From: Lama guanicoe | Lineage: Eukaryota | Direction: 5' to 3' | NCBI GenBank assembly: GCA_013239625.1 | Contig: MU053881.1 | Location: 11,026,873-11,090,872, forward strand | DNA length: 64,000 nucleotides | In this document: piece by piece, positions 25,573-37,514 of the stretch | Layout: the number at the start of each line of letters is the position of its first letter | Position numbering within the stretch: the first letter of the stretch is position 1 | Position numbers and translations under genes: made by a program | The notes under the pieces: model-generated | Told to the model about the DNA's origin: nothing | Database searches by the model: none | What the model saw: the letters and a program-made list of their open reading frames with translations, nothing else

Positions 25573-28394
25573 ATTAGAAGAGCATGGTCACATTTTCCAA
25601 AATCAACATTCTATTTAATTTCTTAGCCAGCACATCAGGACAGATAAAATAAAAGAAAATTTGTCTTGGCACCTCAAATTCCCTTTTAAACCACATTCAT
25701 CCAAAAGGTGGTCTTAGACTTTCCCAATTCTCATCACTTTGAATTATTACTGTTTCATCTCTAGTATCAAAGGATTTAGATAAAACACCCTGTAGGCTTA
25801 CTAGTTTACTTGCATGGCACCAATTGCTAATGAGATAAATATTCCATGTATCTTTTAACTTTAATGCAGGTGGTACAAAGGGCTGTTTGGTTCAAAATTA
25901 TGCTTCTATAAAATCAAGTAATTATTTACATAGTAACAGGAATTTCAACAAAATTAGAATGGAGTTTTTCTTTAAAATACAAAATTTACCTGTCCATGGT
26001 CCACCAACTTATTATTTTATTTATTTATTTGTGGTACATCTCACCTGGTGGCCCTTACTGTAATGAAACTCTCTTCAATGATTTTATTTATAAAACAATA
26101 GCTACAGAGTTACATGAAATTTCATGGTTCAGTGATTGTCATCTAACCAAGTCATATAAAATTGAATCATCCAGGGTTAAATAAAACACCTGCCTTCAAA
26201 TATATATTACCTGAGGCTTCTCTGATTTCAATCACGCAATCAGCTAGCTGACCTCTGAGATGGGAGAACAGATGAAGAATAAGAAATATTTGAGACACTA
26301 ACTCTGTAATGACTTAACCGTGTCAACAAAACATTATATATATTTTTACAGTTTAGAATGGATCTTCCCAAACCAATAAAATCTGAAATCACCAACACAC
26401 TATCTCACAGCACCCTGCAAGGAAGAAAAAAAAGCTGACCTTCATATTTGTTATAAGATTAAAAACTACAATTAAAACCAAACAAAAAAAATTCTGTATA
26501 CAGATCCAAAGAAGATAGTTGTCAACAGAAAAATTTTTAAAGGTGTTTCAAATACAATTTTCCTGAGATGCATATGGCTTGCTCTACAACATTTACTCTT
26601 TACTCAAGCAGCTCAAAATTTATACAGACAGACTCTCTAAATTTTTGTTGAATGGATATATCAATAATCTGCTATTTAGCTGTATTCAGGGGCAAGACAA
26701 AGAGATGACATTTCCACCAGTAACAAATGTATTCAATTTTATTCTCAGTCTTTAGCCCTTTCTTCTATGATGTCCACTGTATCCCACCCCTGTCTCCAGC
26801 CCATTGCCCTATGTTCCAGTCACATTAGAGTCTGGAAAAATCCCCACAGACGTTGTTCACTAACTTGTGTATAGCCTCCTGCTGTTTCCCATGCCTACTC
26901 TTTACATACCAAAACCCTACAAATCTTTCAGAGAGAATCTGTTTTCTTCTTCATTTCATGATCTTAAACTGGAATTAATTGATTGCTATGCAGCTGACTC
27001 CTACATTTTGATTTCCAAACTGCACTTAGCCACGGTATATTGCATATGAGACAATTATAAAAGATTTTAATACAGTAGGCAAAAGTCAGTTAAAGTTTAA
27101 GGAGTAAATCTGTGAATAAATATGATTCATATATTCTTTTAACTAAATGTAATTAATTATGAAAAGAAAATAATTCAAACCTGAAAAAATATTTAAATGT
27201 TATCACACAGGATAATACTTTTAAAAAAATCTATAATGCTTTAGTATTTACTTCTATTCGTCTATAAACAGTATAGTTATTACTATGTGATTCCCAACCC
27301 ACATAAATATTCACTAAGCCAAAATACTTAAAAGTAGCTTTTTTTCCTTCTTCTTCCCCAGAAAGTAAAAGGAGGAGAAAAGAAGGGGTGGGGGAAGCAT
27401 GGAACAACGTAAGTAGAAGTTAGTCCATGTGGGGACTGACTGAGACTGACATCAAGGAAATCGAATTCTGTAACCACGTGACCCCCAAAACCACCACAGA
27501 AAACCAGAGGCAGCGATCCCGTTAGTAAGTCAACTAGCCTCTCAAATATCAAAGGGGAAGTCTCCACACAAGAAATGACCCCAGGACAATATGAATCTCC
27601 AAAACTCTTAAGCAGTTCATATATACCTAGATATTAATTTAATTTGCACTCAAAATTATCACTTTCAATCATGAAAATGATATTTCAAATGTAAAAATAA
27701 AATGAGATACAATTGAGCACACTATATAATAAAATTAAGATTCTGCTTGGTTATACATTCAATTTTATATTGGTTTATAGTTATCTCCTTTATTCCTTAC
27801 CCAAGTGATTGCTAAAATAACACATCTCTACTCTAAAAAGTTACTCCTGAAAAACTTACTTTCATTGAAAGCACATTCAAATTTGTTTGGAATTTCTACT
27901 TATCCTAAAAGCTAGTATTAAAAAAAAAAATTTAGTGTAATTCATTGGCTTCAAAATATTACCACTTAACATGTGCAGCCTGGGAAGAGGAATGAAATTT
28001 TATACCTTTGTTCCATAAATAAGAAGCTTAAATATTGCCCTATAATGAGATTATATCCTCAAATTCTATTATGACCTTTTGAAAATTCCATAGTAGCAGC
28101 TGAAAATATAATCCCACTGCCGTGGGATTTACTTCTTTCTGACACAATTCTGAAAATGGTGCTACCAATTTGGCATGGGCAACTTTTTTTGTTTATAGTA
28201 ATCCTAAACCTGTTCAGTCCAAGTATGAACATACAACATCTAAAAAGTTTTTCTGCTGACTGGGAAATCCAACTTTGTGGTTACAGAGAATATATATCTA
28301 CAGTGTATATATATAGTCTGTCGTCATAAAGTTTAATCTTCAGATAGTACCCTTCATTTCAAATTCTTGAGGGTAAAGATTCACTGTAACATGG

Positions 28395-28550
28395 AGCTAC
28401 TGAAAACCAAGGTAGGGTCCACTGGCTTGGAATCCCAGCTTCACACATTTATTAGCTGTGTAACTTTGAACAAATTACATACTCTGAATATTTTCCTTTT
28501 TCTTAATAATGCCAACTTTGCAGGACTGCCATAAGAAATAAAGAAACCAT
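28395..28550 (+). mobile_element. MIR SINE
   Basis: ggcttggaatcccagcttcacacatttattagctgtgtaactttgaacaaattac. Confidence 0.7.
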
Positions 28551-28992
28551 TTTTCCCAGTAAAAGTACAAAATATAGTACATAGTCCAGAACATCTGTAA
28601 ATATTACACTAACTAAACTAAGCAATATTCTTTCTTTCCTGGTTTTTATTTCTCTCCATTATTTGCCCCTTTTCCACTTTTCCCCCCAATTTTTCCTTAA
28701 CCAAAACCCTTTCCCTAACATGCCAAAGCATGTGACTAAAAACATTTTTTCTATTTGTTTTATTTATGACAGCTTATTTTACATATAAAATTAAGAATAT
28801 TAAAACCTGATGAGTTGAACATTTTATATTTTCTGAAAAAAAATGCATAAACTTGAAATCGCCAGTGATACCAGAATTTGTTTTGTAGACTTGAAGTTTT
28901 ACTTGATTTCTTGTGCATGGAAATAATGGAGTGCACAATTCTAGGCTAGAGTATTTCTAGAAGCAACAGTCATCGTAGCTCTCTTCATCTTT

Positions 28993-29008
28993 TGACAAGG
29001 GGGCAGCA
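28993..29008 (+). promoter_or_regulatory. Candidate CTCF core motif
   Basis: TGACAAGGGGGCAGCA versus CCACCAGGGGGCAGCA; motif match only. Confidence 0.3.
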
Positions 29009-29094
29009 TTTGCAGTCTACCTTTCCGCAGTAGTCCTCTACCTTCACGTAAACCCCACTGCATTCTTGAAATCTCCTGCTTCTCCTCCTGTCAA

Positions 29095-29410
29095 TTTATT
29101 TTTCCATTTACTCATTCTGTCAACAAACACTTCTGAAGAGCCTATTATGTGCCAATGACAGGGCTAAACAGATGAGAAATAACAGGCGTAGTCTTGAAAT
29201 CAGTAGATGGAGCAAACAGTCTCATTAAGAGAAAAACAACTGTTTAAATTTAATACAGGGTTGTGAAGGGATATAGTGAGCTAATTAGGCTACAGGGACT
29301 CTTAGGGGACACCTTAGTTAGAGTTTGTGAGGTTCGGGTGAGAATTCCCTAAAGAAGTGGTGCTGAAGCTGAGAGCTGTACAAATAGGAGGAAGCCAAGA
29401 AAGCAGGGCT
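29095..29410 (-). mobile_element. L2 3' end
   Basis: tcattctgtcaacaaacacttctgaagagcctattatgtgcca...ttccctaaagaagtggtgctgaagctgagagctg. Confidence 0.7.
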
Positions 29411-29419
29411 ATTTATCTT

Positions 29420-30320
29420 CTACATTCTGCTACATCTCCCATCCTTCACTGATTATTCTGGCTGGGAGACCTTTTCTCTACCTGATGTTCAACCATCCTC
29501 CTGGGTGACTTCACGCAAAGGTCAAGCAACACCCAAACTTCAATTCCACCATCCCCTCAACACCAGTGACCTTGGTCTACCTCCTCTATTGAAACACACG
29601 GACATACCAATGACAAACTTCCTGTTCAGACAAAAATGTATTTCTCAGTATTTATCTTCTTGAACTCTCTGGATGTTTAACTACATTGTATTTCATTTTC
29701 CTTCTTTGTCATGGGTTTTTTTGTATTTTTCTTATACCATTTGATTTCTTCATCTTGGAATCTTTCCCCTGCCCAATCCCCTTCTGCTCTCTCATTTCTT
29801 AACTTAGCCCTTAAATGCTGTTAATCTTCAGGAGTCTATTTCTTTCTCTTTTTCCTCCTACATACTCTCCAGGGAGAGGCTTTAAGACATAATGATCTAC
29901 ATGCTGATGATTCTCAAGTATCTATTTCTAGCTGAGATTTCTCCTTGAGTTCTAGACCTGTGTTTGTTTAAGCTGCTTGGGTATTTTTCTAGAACACAGC
30001 ATTTGTGCCTCAAGTGAAATTTATCCAACCTTAAGATCTTCCTCCCTCCTCAAACTTTATCAGAGCTAGCTTTACATATTCAGTTGTTCCCTACTTTTGA
30101 AAATAGTATCACTATTGACCTTGTATTTCCACTCAGAACACTAGATAATAATCCTCTCTCTTCCTTTCACTCCACCACCTACAAAGCATTAACCATCACA
30201 TTGCTCTAGATTTCACCTGTTCAGTATATCTAGAAGCTGGCTACTTCTCACCAATCCTATTACAATTCTCAAAGTTTGAGTGACTGCCACTTCTTGTTAG
30301 TACTATGTCATTCCATTTGT
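29420..30320 (+). mobile_element. L2 ORF2 body remnant including the RT active-site region
   Basis: ctacatgctgatgattctcaa at 29897-29917 translates LHADDSQ (decayed YADD); flanked by cccttaaatgctgttaatcttcagg and tctccttgagttctagacc typical of L2. Confidence 0.75.
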
Positions 30321-30489
30321 GATTAATTGACTTTTATTCCCATTTACTATTTGCCTTTCTTGCAAGATAATTACAGTCATCACAACATTAACCTCAGCTT
30401 TGATCAGGTGGCTAGATTTAGTTAATGAAATGAGAATTGATACATGTGACTTCAGATTAGAAACTAGCCATCACATGACTCAGCCATTG

Positions 30490-32230
30490 TTTTATTGTAA
30501 GGTAAATACAGACACCAAAAACACATAAAACAGAAGTATGTGAATAAGGCAAAACCTCTGGTAACCACACCCAGACGGAGAAATACAACTAGACCAGGAA
30601 CCTCAGAAACCCCATCCCGATTACAGCCTCCCTTCTCTCTTCCTACAAAAGTAACCACTACACTTAATTTTATATTTTATACTATAAGTAACCAATTCCT
30701 TTTGTTTCTTTGTGGCTTTGACATCCAAGTTTCCACCTCAAGACAGTCTAACTTAATTTTGCATGACTTTTTAACTTGGTATCTGTTCTAATTATCTTTT
30801 AATCTATAAGTTTCTATTCAATCTATTTCTTTTCCTCAGTTTGTTGTTGTTGTCATTGTTGTTGTTGTTGTTGTTGTTGAAGGACCTACATCAATTGACA
30901 CCTCAAGTTTCAGGTTGTAAATCCTGTTCATTTTCTATTCATGGTACAATTTGACCTTCTTCTTTGTCCTTCAAGTTGGCAGCTGGATCCACGGGCTTGA
31001 TGAGGCTCAGGGTGGATTACTCTGGTACAACTATGGATGACATGCTCTTCCACCAAGAGGCATCTCTCTCTCATTCATATTTTTTCTCTCTCAATCTCTC
31101 CGCCTCCTTCCTTTCTGTCTCTCTTGGCAAAGTCAGGAGGCTGATTCTCAGTGCCTCACTGAGTTGAAAAATGGGGATATTCCAGTTCTCTTTTTTATTT
31201 TAGTGCTGAAATAATTTTACCAGGCGATACTTCTCTTTTAATACTATTTGATTCCTAGTCATGTCATTCATATAGGAAAAACAGGATAAATAAATGTTTA
31301 ATTTGTGTCTTTTATATATTCAGCTTTCAAAATAATCAGAGTTCTCTGCTATCCTCTGAAGATGACCAATTCAAGAGCTCTCTTTATATATTATAAACCC
31401 ACAGATTTAAACTTATTCGATAGATAGATTTGCATCCATTGTAATTTTTATCCTCTTTGAAGCTAAGATTGTCCTATCATTGGCCAGTGGGAACCACTTT
31501 AAATTGGCTCCTCAGTTTTTCTAAACGAACTTGGAATTTTTGGTAGATTCCTTGCTACCTGGTATGGAAGATATTTCAGGCTCATCTTTTGTATTTTCTG
31601 TCCAAGACCTGGAATAAGCTGTTTCTCTAAAAATGCCTGGTCCCTTCCAATGGAAAACAGTATTTTAAGACAACAATCTTGGCACTAAGAATGCTTATAG
31701 TTACTAGATGGATCATTGTTTTTAAACCTTCTCAGGGTACAAAGCTAGAAAATGTGTACACATACACACAATGAAATATCTTAAAGAGTTCATGCTTATA
31801 TGTCCAATTTAAATTCAGGAATACAACGTTTTAATTTAACACTTCCATACTATATTAGTATCTCCTTTCTTCTACACTGAGAGTTTAGGTTCTCAAGAAT
31901 ATAGGATATGACAATTAGAACAGATCATAATTATTTATTTGCTTTGTCATACATGTCACATACAACACTGTCAGAATTGTAATGCTAAAACTACCACTGC
32001 GAATTATTCTATTTAAAAAGAACGAAGAAAACATATTTCATGCGTCTTTTTCCTATTATAACCTATTTTTTAATTATAGTATTTCCAGATTGTCATTTAT
32101 AAAGCCATTATATATTATAATCTTACCCTTTTAATCTTGGCTTAATCTTAAATGATTACATTTAATCTTAAAATTACAGTTGTATGTGTAATGCTTTCTT
32201 ATCAGCCTTTAAGTTAATGTTTCCTTAATC
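30490..32230 (-). mobile_element. L1MC4-like long 3' UTR
   Basis: agttggcagctggatccacgggcttgatgaggctcagg; attgtcctatcattggccagtgggaaccactttaaattggctcct; caggctcatcttttgtattttctgtccaagacctggaataagc resemble the L1MC 3' end in reverse. Confidence 0.8.
30841..30879. repeat. (TTG)n trinucleotide repeat, one interruption
   Basis: directly visible. Confidence 0.9.
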
Positions 32231-32639
32231 ATTATGACGATCTGAAGCAGTTTGCTTTTAGAGTTACTGTGGGCATTTATTGAAATAAATCAACAAAAAT
32301 CAAATTTTTACTAGCCCTCTTTTCTGAACTTTATAAACTCAGCAGAGACTCTGGTCAATACATGTTTACATACAATATTACACAACCCAACAGAAACAGA
32401 ACTCTACTTGTACATTTGCCAATGAACAGAAAGCAAGATTTCCCTCTCTACAAATGTTTCCAGAATTTTTAGTTCCCACTGTTCACTTTTCAGTGGAACT
32501 GCTCCCTTGTGTCTGGGGACACTGGAATTCCCTCCCAAATTTACTGAATCAAAAAAATTATAACTTCAAGTTTTAGTTTTGTTCCAAAATGGGGACCAGT
32601 GACTTTGTTGTCTCTAGGCACCGTGGCCCCACAGTGTGG

Positions 32640-33576
32640 CACATATTCACCACATTTTTTTTATCTATTCATCTGTCAGTGGACACTTAGGTTGTTTCCA
32701 CGTCTTGGCTACTGTAAATACTGCTGCAAGGAACATGGCAGTGCAGATATCTCTTTGATATAGTGACTTCATTGCCTTCACATACATACTCAGACCTGGG
32801 ATGCTGGATCAGATGGTGATTCTATTCTTTATTTTTTGAGGAATTGCCACAGTATTTTCCGATTTACATTCCCACCAACAGTGTACAAGGGTTCCCTTTT
32901 TTTCAAATCCTTGCCAGCACCTGTTATCTTGTATTTTTTAGGATAGCCATTCCAACAGGTGGAAATGATATCTCACTGTGGTTTTGATTTGCATTTCCCT
33001 CATGATTAATATCTTTCGATATACTTGTTGGCCATGGAATATCTTCTTTGGAAGAATGTCTATTCAGTTCCTTTTGCCATTTTTAAAAATTGGATTATTT
33101 GTTTTTTTGCTAGAGTTGTATGAGCCCCTCATATATTTTTGATATTAACTCTTCAGCCAATTTGTGGTTTGCAAATATTTTCTCTCATTCTGTAGGTTGC
33201 CCTCTCATTTTGTTGATTGTTTCTTTTTCTGAGCAGAAGATTTTCAGTTTGGTGTAGCCCCACTTGGTTATTTTTGCTTTTGTTGCTTGTGCTTTGGTGT
33301 CATATCCATAAGATCATTGTGGAGATCAATGTCAAAGAATATTTCTCCTATGTGTTCCTTTTGAATGTGCTGTTAAATATGGCTTGCTAATTTTTTGTTG
33401 AGAAATTTGCATCTATATTCCTCAGGGATACAGGCCTGTAGTTTTCTTATCTTGTAGTGTTCTTGTCTAGCTTTGGTATCAGGGTAATGTTGACCTCATA
33501 AAATAAATGTGAAAGTGTCTTCTCCTCTTCAATTTTAAGGAAGAAATTGGAAAGGATTGGTATAATTCATCTGTTT
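32640..33576 (-). mobile_element. L1 ORF2 fragments (L1MA/MB-like) with an internal deletion near 33358
   Basis: ggacacttaggttgtttcca...tttacattcccaccaacagtgtacaagggttcc...gtggttttgatttgcatttccct; then jumps to ctttggtatcagggtaatgttgacctcata. Confidence 0.92.
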
Positions 33577-34915
33577 AAAAAATTATATATTCTTACGAGT
33601 AACAATATGAACTCATGATTCAGCCATTGCCAGAAAAGAAATCTATCTTGACCAATTTATGTATCTCTGTTAAAGCTATTATTAACAATAAATAACATTT
33701 GTATATAATGCTGTTGTTTATAAACATCTGCCTGTTAGTGCCAGTCTAGGCATTTCTTTTGACTACCCATGTGCTTTTCAATTTCACCAAAATGAATCTG
33801 AAAATCTGCTGAAATGTTATCCTATAAAATATTATCACTAGTACAGTTCTATCAGTGTAGATAAAATAAACACTATGTACAAATGATGATCACCTTTAAA
33901 ATATGTGGAAAAATAGATGACTTTAAGGTATATCTATATTAATAATCTGCTTTGCACCAAATACTCTGCTTGTAGCTAATGATATAAAAGTGATTAAATT
34001 ATGATCTAGCACTAGAAGTATTTACAGGCTGATTTTTTTTCTTTCTTTTTCAGTTCTAACCACCCCCCCCCTTTTTTTTTAATGTAGGCCGGTGCTAAGT
34101 TTATATAATGCCAATAATTTAGTTCAGAAATTTCATAAATTTCTCACAATAGTTCAATAGGCAATGGCTTTAAAATGTTATTTCTTTTATATGGCTACTT
34201 ATACATTACTACAGGATTTGTTAACCAAAAAGTACGTTAATGAGAAATCTGTTTGTAGACACTGTGCCTTTTGATTGATTTCTCACTTTTAAACCTTCTC
34301 ATATCAGAGTAGTATAATAACTTTACTATCCACATAACGCCAATCACTTGGAAAATGGCTTTCTTTTTGTGGGTGAGATACAACATTTCTCATGTGCATT
34401 TTCTCACCATACTTGAGACAGCGGTAATTTTATTTGCAAAATCAAATGAGAAAGCAAAACTTAAAATAAGAGAAGATGCAAACAAATGGTTGATGTCTTT
34501 ACAGGTTTTTAGCTTTTTAGTCAGAGATTTTGTATTTTACATATAGCAGGATATATTTGATCATCAATGCACAGATTGTTAGATTATGTCTTTTTGATGC
34601 ATCCGTACTGGGGAAACAAAGCTAATGTAGAAGTCAGGTGAAAAGAACACTTACCAGAGATAAATAAATGGCACTGGTATCCTACACAATGGTGATCAGT
34701 TGGAGCAATCCCCTACACAACTTTTGTGGTTCTAACATCGTTAGGAAAGCACACTGGAAATTTTTTAAGTAGATCTTAAATGACAACCAAGGTTCTGTTT
34801 GTTTTTCTTGTTATTATTTTATTTTCAAAAGTTTTATTCAATTTATTTAAACTAAGACAACAACAAACAAACAACAACAACAACAAAAAACAAACCAAAG
34901 AAAAACCCAAGAAAC
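33577..34915 (+). other. Unique-looking ~1.3 kb insertion with A-rich tail; probable retrocopy or L1 transduction of unknown source
   Basis: interrupts contiguous L1 ORF2 (aggattggtataattcatctgttt | ttcaccagtgggaccacctggtcctggg); left junction TTT|AAAAAA; A/CAA-rich tail at about 34848-34914. Confidence 0.6.
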
Positions 34916-35048
34916 AGTTCACCAGTGGGACCACCTGGTCCTGGGTTTTGTTGGGATGTTTTGATTATTGAGTCAATCTCTTTACTCCTTATTGGTCTGT
35001 TGAGATTTTTTATTTCTTCACAATTCAGTATTTGTAGGTTGTGGTTGC
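34916..35048 (-). mobile_element. L1 ORF2 continuation of 32640-33576
   Basis: ttcaccagtgggaccacctggtcctggg...ttgattattgagtcaatctctttactccttattggtctgttgagatttt. Confidence 0.88.
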
Positions 35049-35059
35049 TGTAAGCCCCA

Positions 35060-35805
35060 CCCTACTTCTCTGTTTCTATCTCATCTCCAGTGGTAAATAC
35101 CCCCAGATTCCCCCAGTGAAATCTGTGGGGCAAGACACTGGTGGATCTTCCAGGACAGTCTTTTCGAGGGAGCTGGATGTCCACCTCGTGCTTTCTTTTT
35201 CCCACCAGAGAGATTACAGGCATAAAGAGGCACTCTTGGTGCAGCGCCATCCCCACCTGGGGGCAGGGGGGCAATGCAGTCCGAGTGTAATTACTCCTTA
35301 TTGTTTTTCTTTCTTTCTTTTTTTTTTTCTTTTTTTCTCCCCACAGCCAGCCGCATCCTTCTGCTGGCCTCAGGGAGGGGGAGGGAGATAGGATAGATTA
35401 GGTTATAGTAAGGAAAGGTTAACTAAGAGAAATAATGGAGACTTGATCTGAGTCACAGCACCAAAGATGTTACCTCAAAAGGTAAAGACTCCAGTTCTTG
35501 TCTTACCTGAAAGATAAGATTTGCAGATGGGAGATGGTGCGCTGTGTAGTGAAAGATTTTAAAAGATTTATTTAAAAAAGAGAAAGTGCAACTCCAAGAG
35601 TGGGAGGCGGGCTGATCCAAGGAGGAAAAGCCTCCTCTTATCTTTCTAATGTGACTCTTCTCCATCTCTGTGGTCCAGCCTCACTTCTGGGATGCAGAAT
35701 TTTCACAGCAGTGTCTTCTCTATAAATAGTTGCTCGTTTGCCTTCTTATGAAAGAGACTGATGTCAGAAACGACCTATGTCATCAGCTTAGTGACATTAC
35801 CTGAA
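35060..35805 (-). mobile_element. L1 5' UTR (L1M2/L1M3-type), split at 35302-35631
   Basis: cctgggggcaggggggcaatgcagtc...ctcctcttatctttctaatg...ctctgtggtccag...atagttgct...gtcagaaacgacctatgtcatcagcttagtgacattac resembles the recalled old-L1 5' terminus in reverse. Confidence 0.7.
35302..35631 (-). mobile_element. L1-retroposed copy of an ERV1 5' transcript: R-U5, PBS(tRNA-His), ~110 nt leader, A-rich tail
   Basis: minus strand: AATAAA at 35567-35572, LTR end ...GGTAACA at 35468, PBS TGGTGCTGTGACTCAGAT at 35446-35463 (16/18 to the tRNA-His PBS, both differences CpG transitions), A-rich tail at 35302-35338, no U3, degenerate TSD with TT|AGAAA site. Confidence 0.8.
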
Positions 35806-35869
35806 CAAGAACATCTTAATATGTGTATTGTTGTAGTGTCCATTTGAGATCATGTTTGTCTGTATTTAT

Positions 35870-36866
35870 TTCCTATTGGCCACTGCCCTGGCCTATATGA
35901 TTATGGTAGGAATGACAAATGTATGGACCTTGCTACCAATCAAAGGTATTTCAATCAGCCAAACAGGTTAGGGTACCAACCTAGGCACAGAGATATGTTC
36001 ATACATGATGTTGAGGACTCAACTGTGTTCCCCCCAAATTCGTTTATTGAAGCCTTAACTTCCAGTGGACTTTATTTGGAGACAGAGCCTTTAAGAAGGC
36101 AATTCGAGTTAAATGAAGTCATAAGGGAAGGTCCCTAATCCTACAGGACTGGTGTCCTCACAAGAAGAGGAAGAGACCCCAGAGCTCTCTCGCTCTCTCT
36201 GCGCACACACAGAGCAAAGGCCACACGAGCACACAGTGAGAAGGTGGCCGTGTGTAAACCAGGAAGAAAGGTCTCATCAGAAACTAAATCTACTGATGCC
36301 CTGATTTGGAGTTCAAGCCTCCAGAGCTGTGAGAAAAATAAGTTCTGTCATCTGAGCCATCTCACCCACAGTATTCTGTTATGGAAGCCAAACCGACGGA
36401 ATGTGCACAGGCAGGTGTCAGAGTACATGGATCGTGTTATTCTATATTAGAGCACATGGAAATAGAGGGAGATAGGGCAATTCTCTTGTTCTGGGAGGAT
36501 TACTAGCTCTAAGGACAAAATCTTGGAGCTTCTAGGAGTCACTATACCTGATAAGTACTGCAAAAAGCTTGCCGATATATGCATCAAAACTGAGTAATCG
36601 CAACACGGGGACTGGGGAGGGGAGAGGGAGGAGGGACAGAGAGACAGGGACAGAGAGCTGATGCCTCGTTTGAAATTCTAGATCCAGTGATGTCATAAGC
36701 CAGTGATACTAACAGATGTCTTAGTTATGTGAAAGAATAAATTTCCCTTCCTTTTCTTTCCTTTCCTTTCTTTTTTCCTTCCTTTGTTTCTTCTTTTGTT
36801 TTGTTTCATTAAGCTGATTTTAGATGAAATCCTGCCCCTTCTGATCAGGAGTCATGACTTGTATAC
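35870..36866 (+). mobile_element. Old MaLR LTR (MLT1J-like) hosting MLT1A
   Basis: tcttggagcttctaggagtca...gtttgaaattctagatccagtgatgtcataagcca...tagttatgtgaaagaataaatttccc...aggagtcatgacttgtataca; left boundary uncertain. Confidence 0.55.
36009..36407 (+). mobile_element. MLT1A MaLR solo LTR
   Basis: tgtgttcccccaaattcgtttattgaagccttaac...ggtccctaatcctacaggactggtgtcctcacaagaagaggaagaga...gcctccagagctgtgagaaaaataag. Confidence 0.9.
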
Positions 36867-37514
36867 AGTGATTTGGCTTCAGCCAGGTCTCCCTTACAGA
36901 CTTTCAGCAAGAGCAGGGAGTGAGGGCAGAAGGTGAGCTGAATTAGCTCACAACAGTAAGAGAGGCAGACAGCTATTTAGGAAAGATGGGGCAAGTGGGC
37001 TTCCTTATACCTGATGTTTGCAATTACTGAAGCCAGCTGAGATATTGGTGAGGAAATAAAAGCAAGAGTTCTACTGGAATCAGACTTTGTCTCAATAAAA
37101 GACAATTTTTGGTAGTTCTCCAAATTTGGAAAGCACACATCAGAATTAAACTTCAAACCCACTTCTTTGGGCACCATTATCATTAAAGAAGGAAAGCTCC
37201 TTGGTCAGTATTTTTTATACAATTAATAACCCTCCATACCATTCTACTCACCCTTCATTAAGGCTCCTAAATAATTGCTTTATTTGCATATTTATACAAT
37301 ATCCACCTCATTATAGATATCCAATGCATCCTTATTAATAGCACTGATATCAAAAAAGGAGGAAAAATCATGATTTACAAATGGTAAAACAGATTTACAA
37401 AGACCTGTAGTAATTTCCTTTTAATTCTTTAAGTCAAAGAACACATTCTGAAGCAATCAATATGGTTTTTAAACCTTTACAATAAACAAGCAATCATAAA
37501 ATTCACAGGCAAAT

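Noticed and set aside
33883..34032. C/D box snoRNA (ATGATGA...CTGA)
   Set aside because: The ~150 nt span is long, the terminal stem is only A/T, there is no recognisable rRNA guide, and the CTGA is better explained as a branch-point-like motif or chance.
35446..35463. tRNA-His gene or fragment
   Set aside because: Only the 3'-terminal 18 nt including CCA are present, directly beside an LTR end. This is a retroviral primer-binding site, not a tRNA gene.
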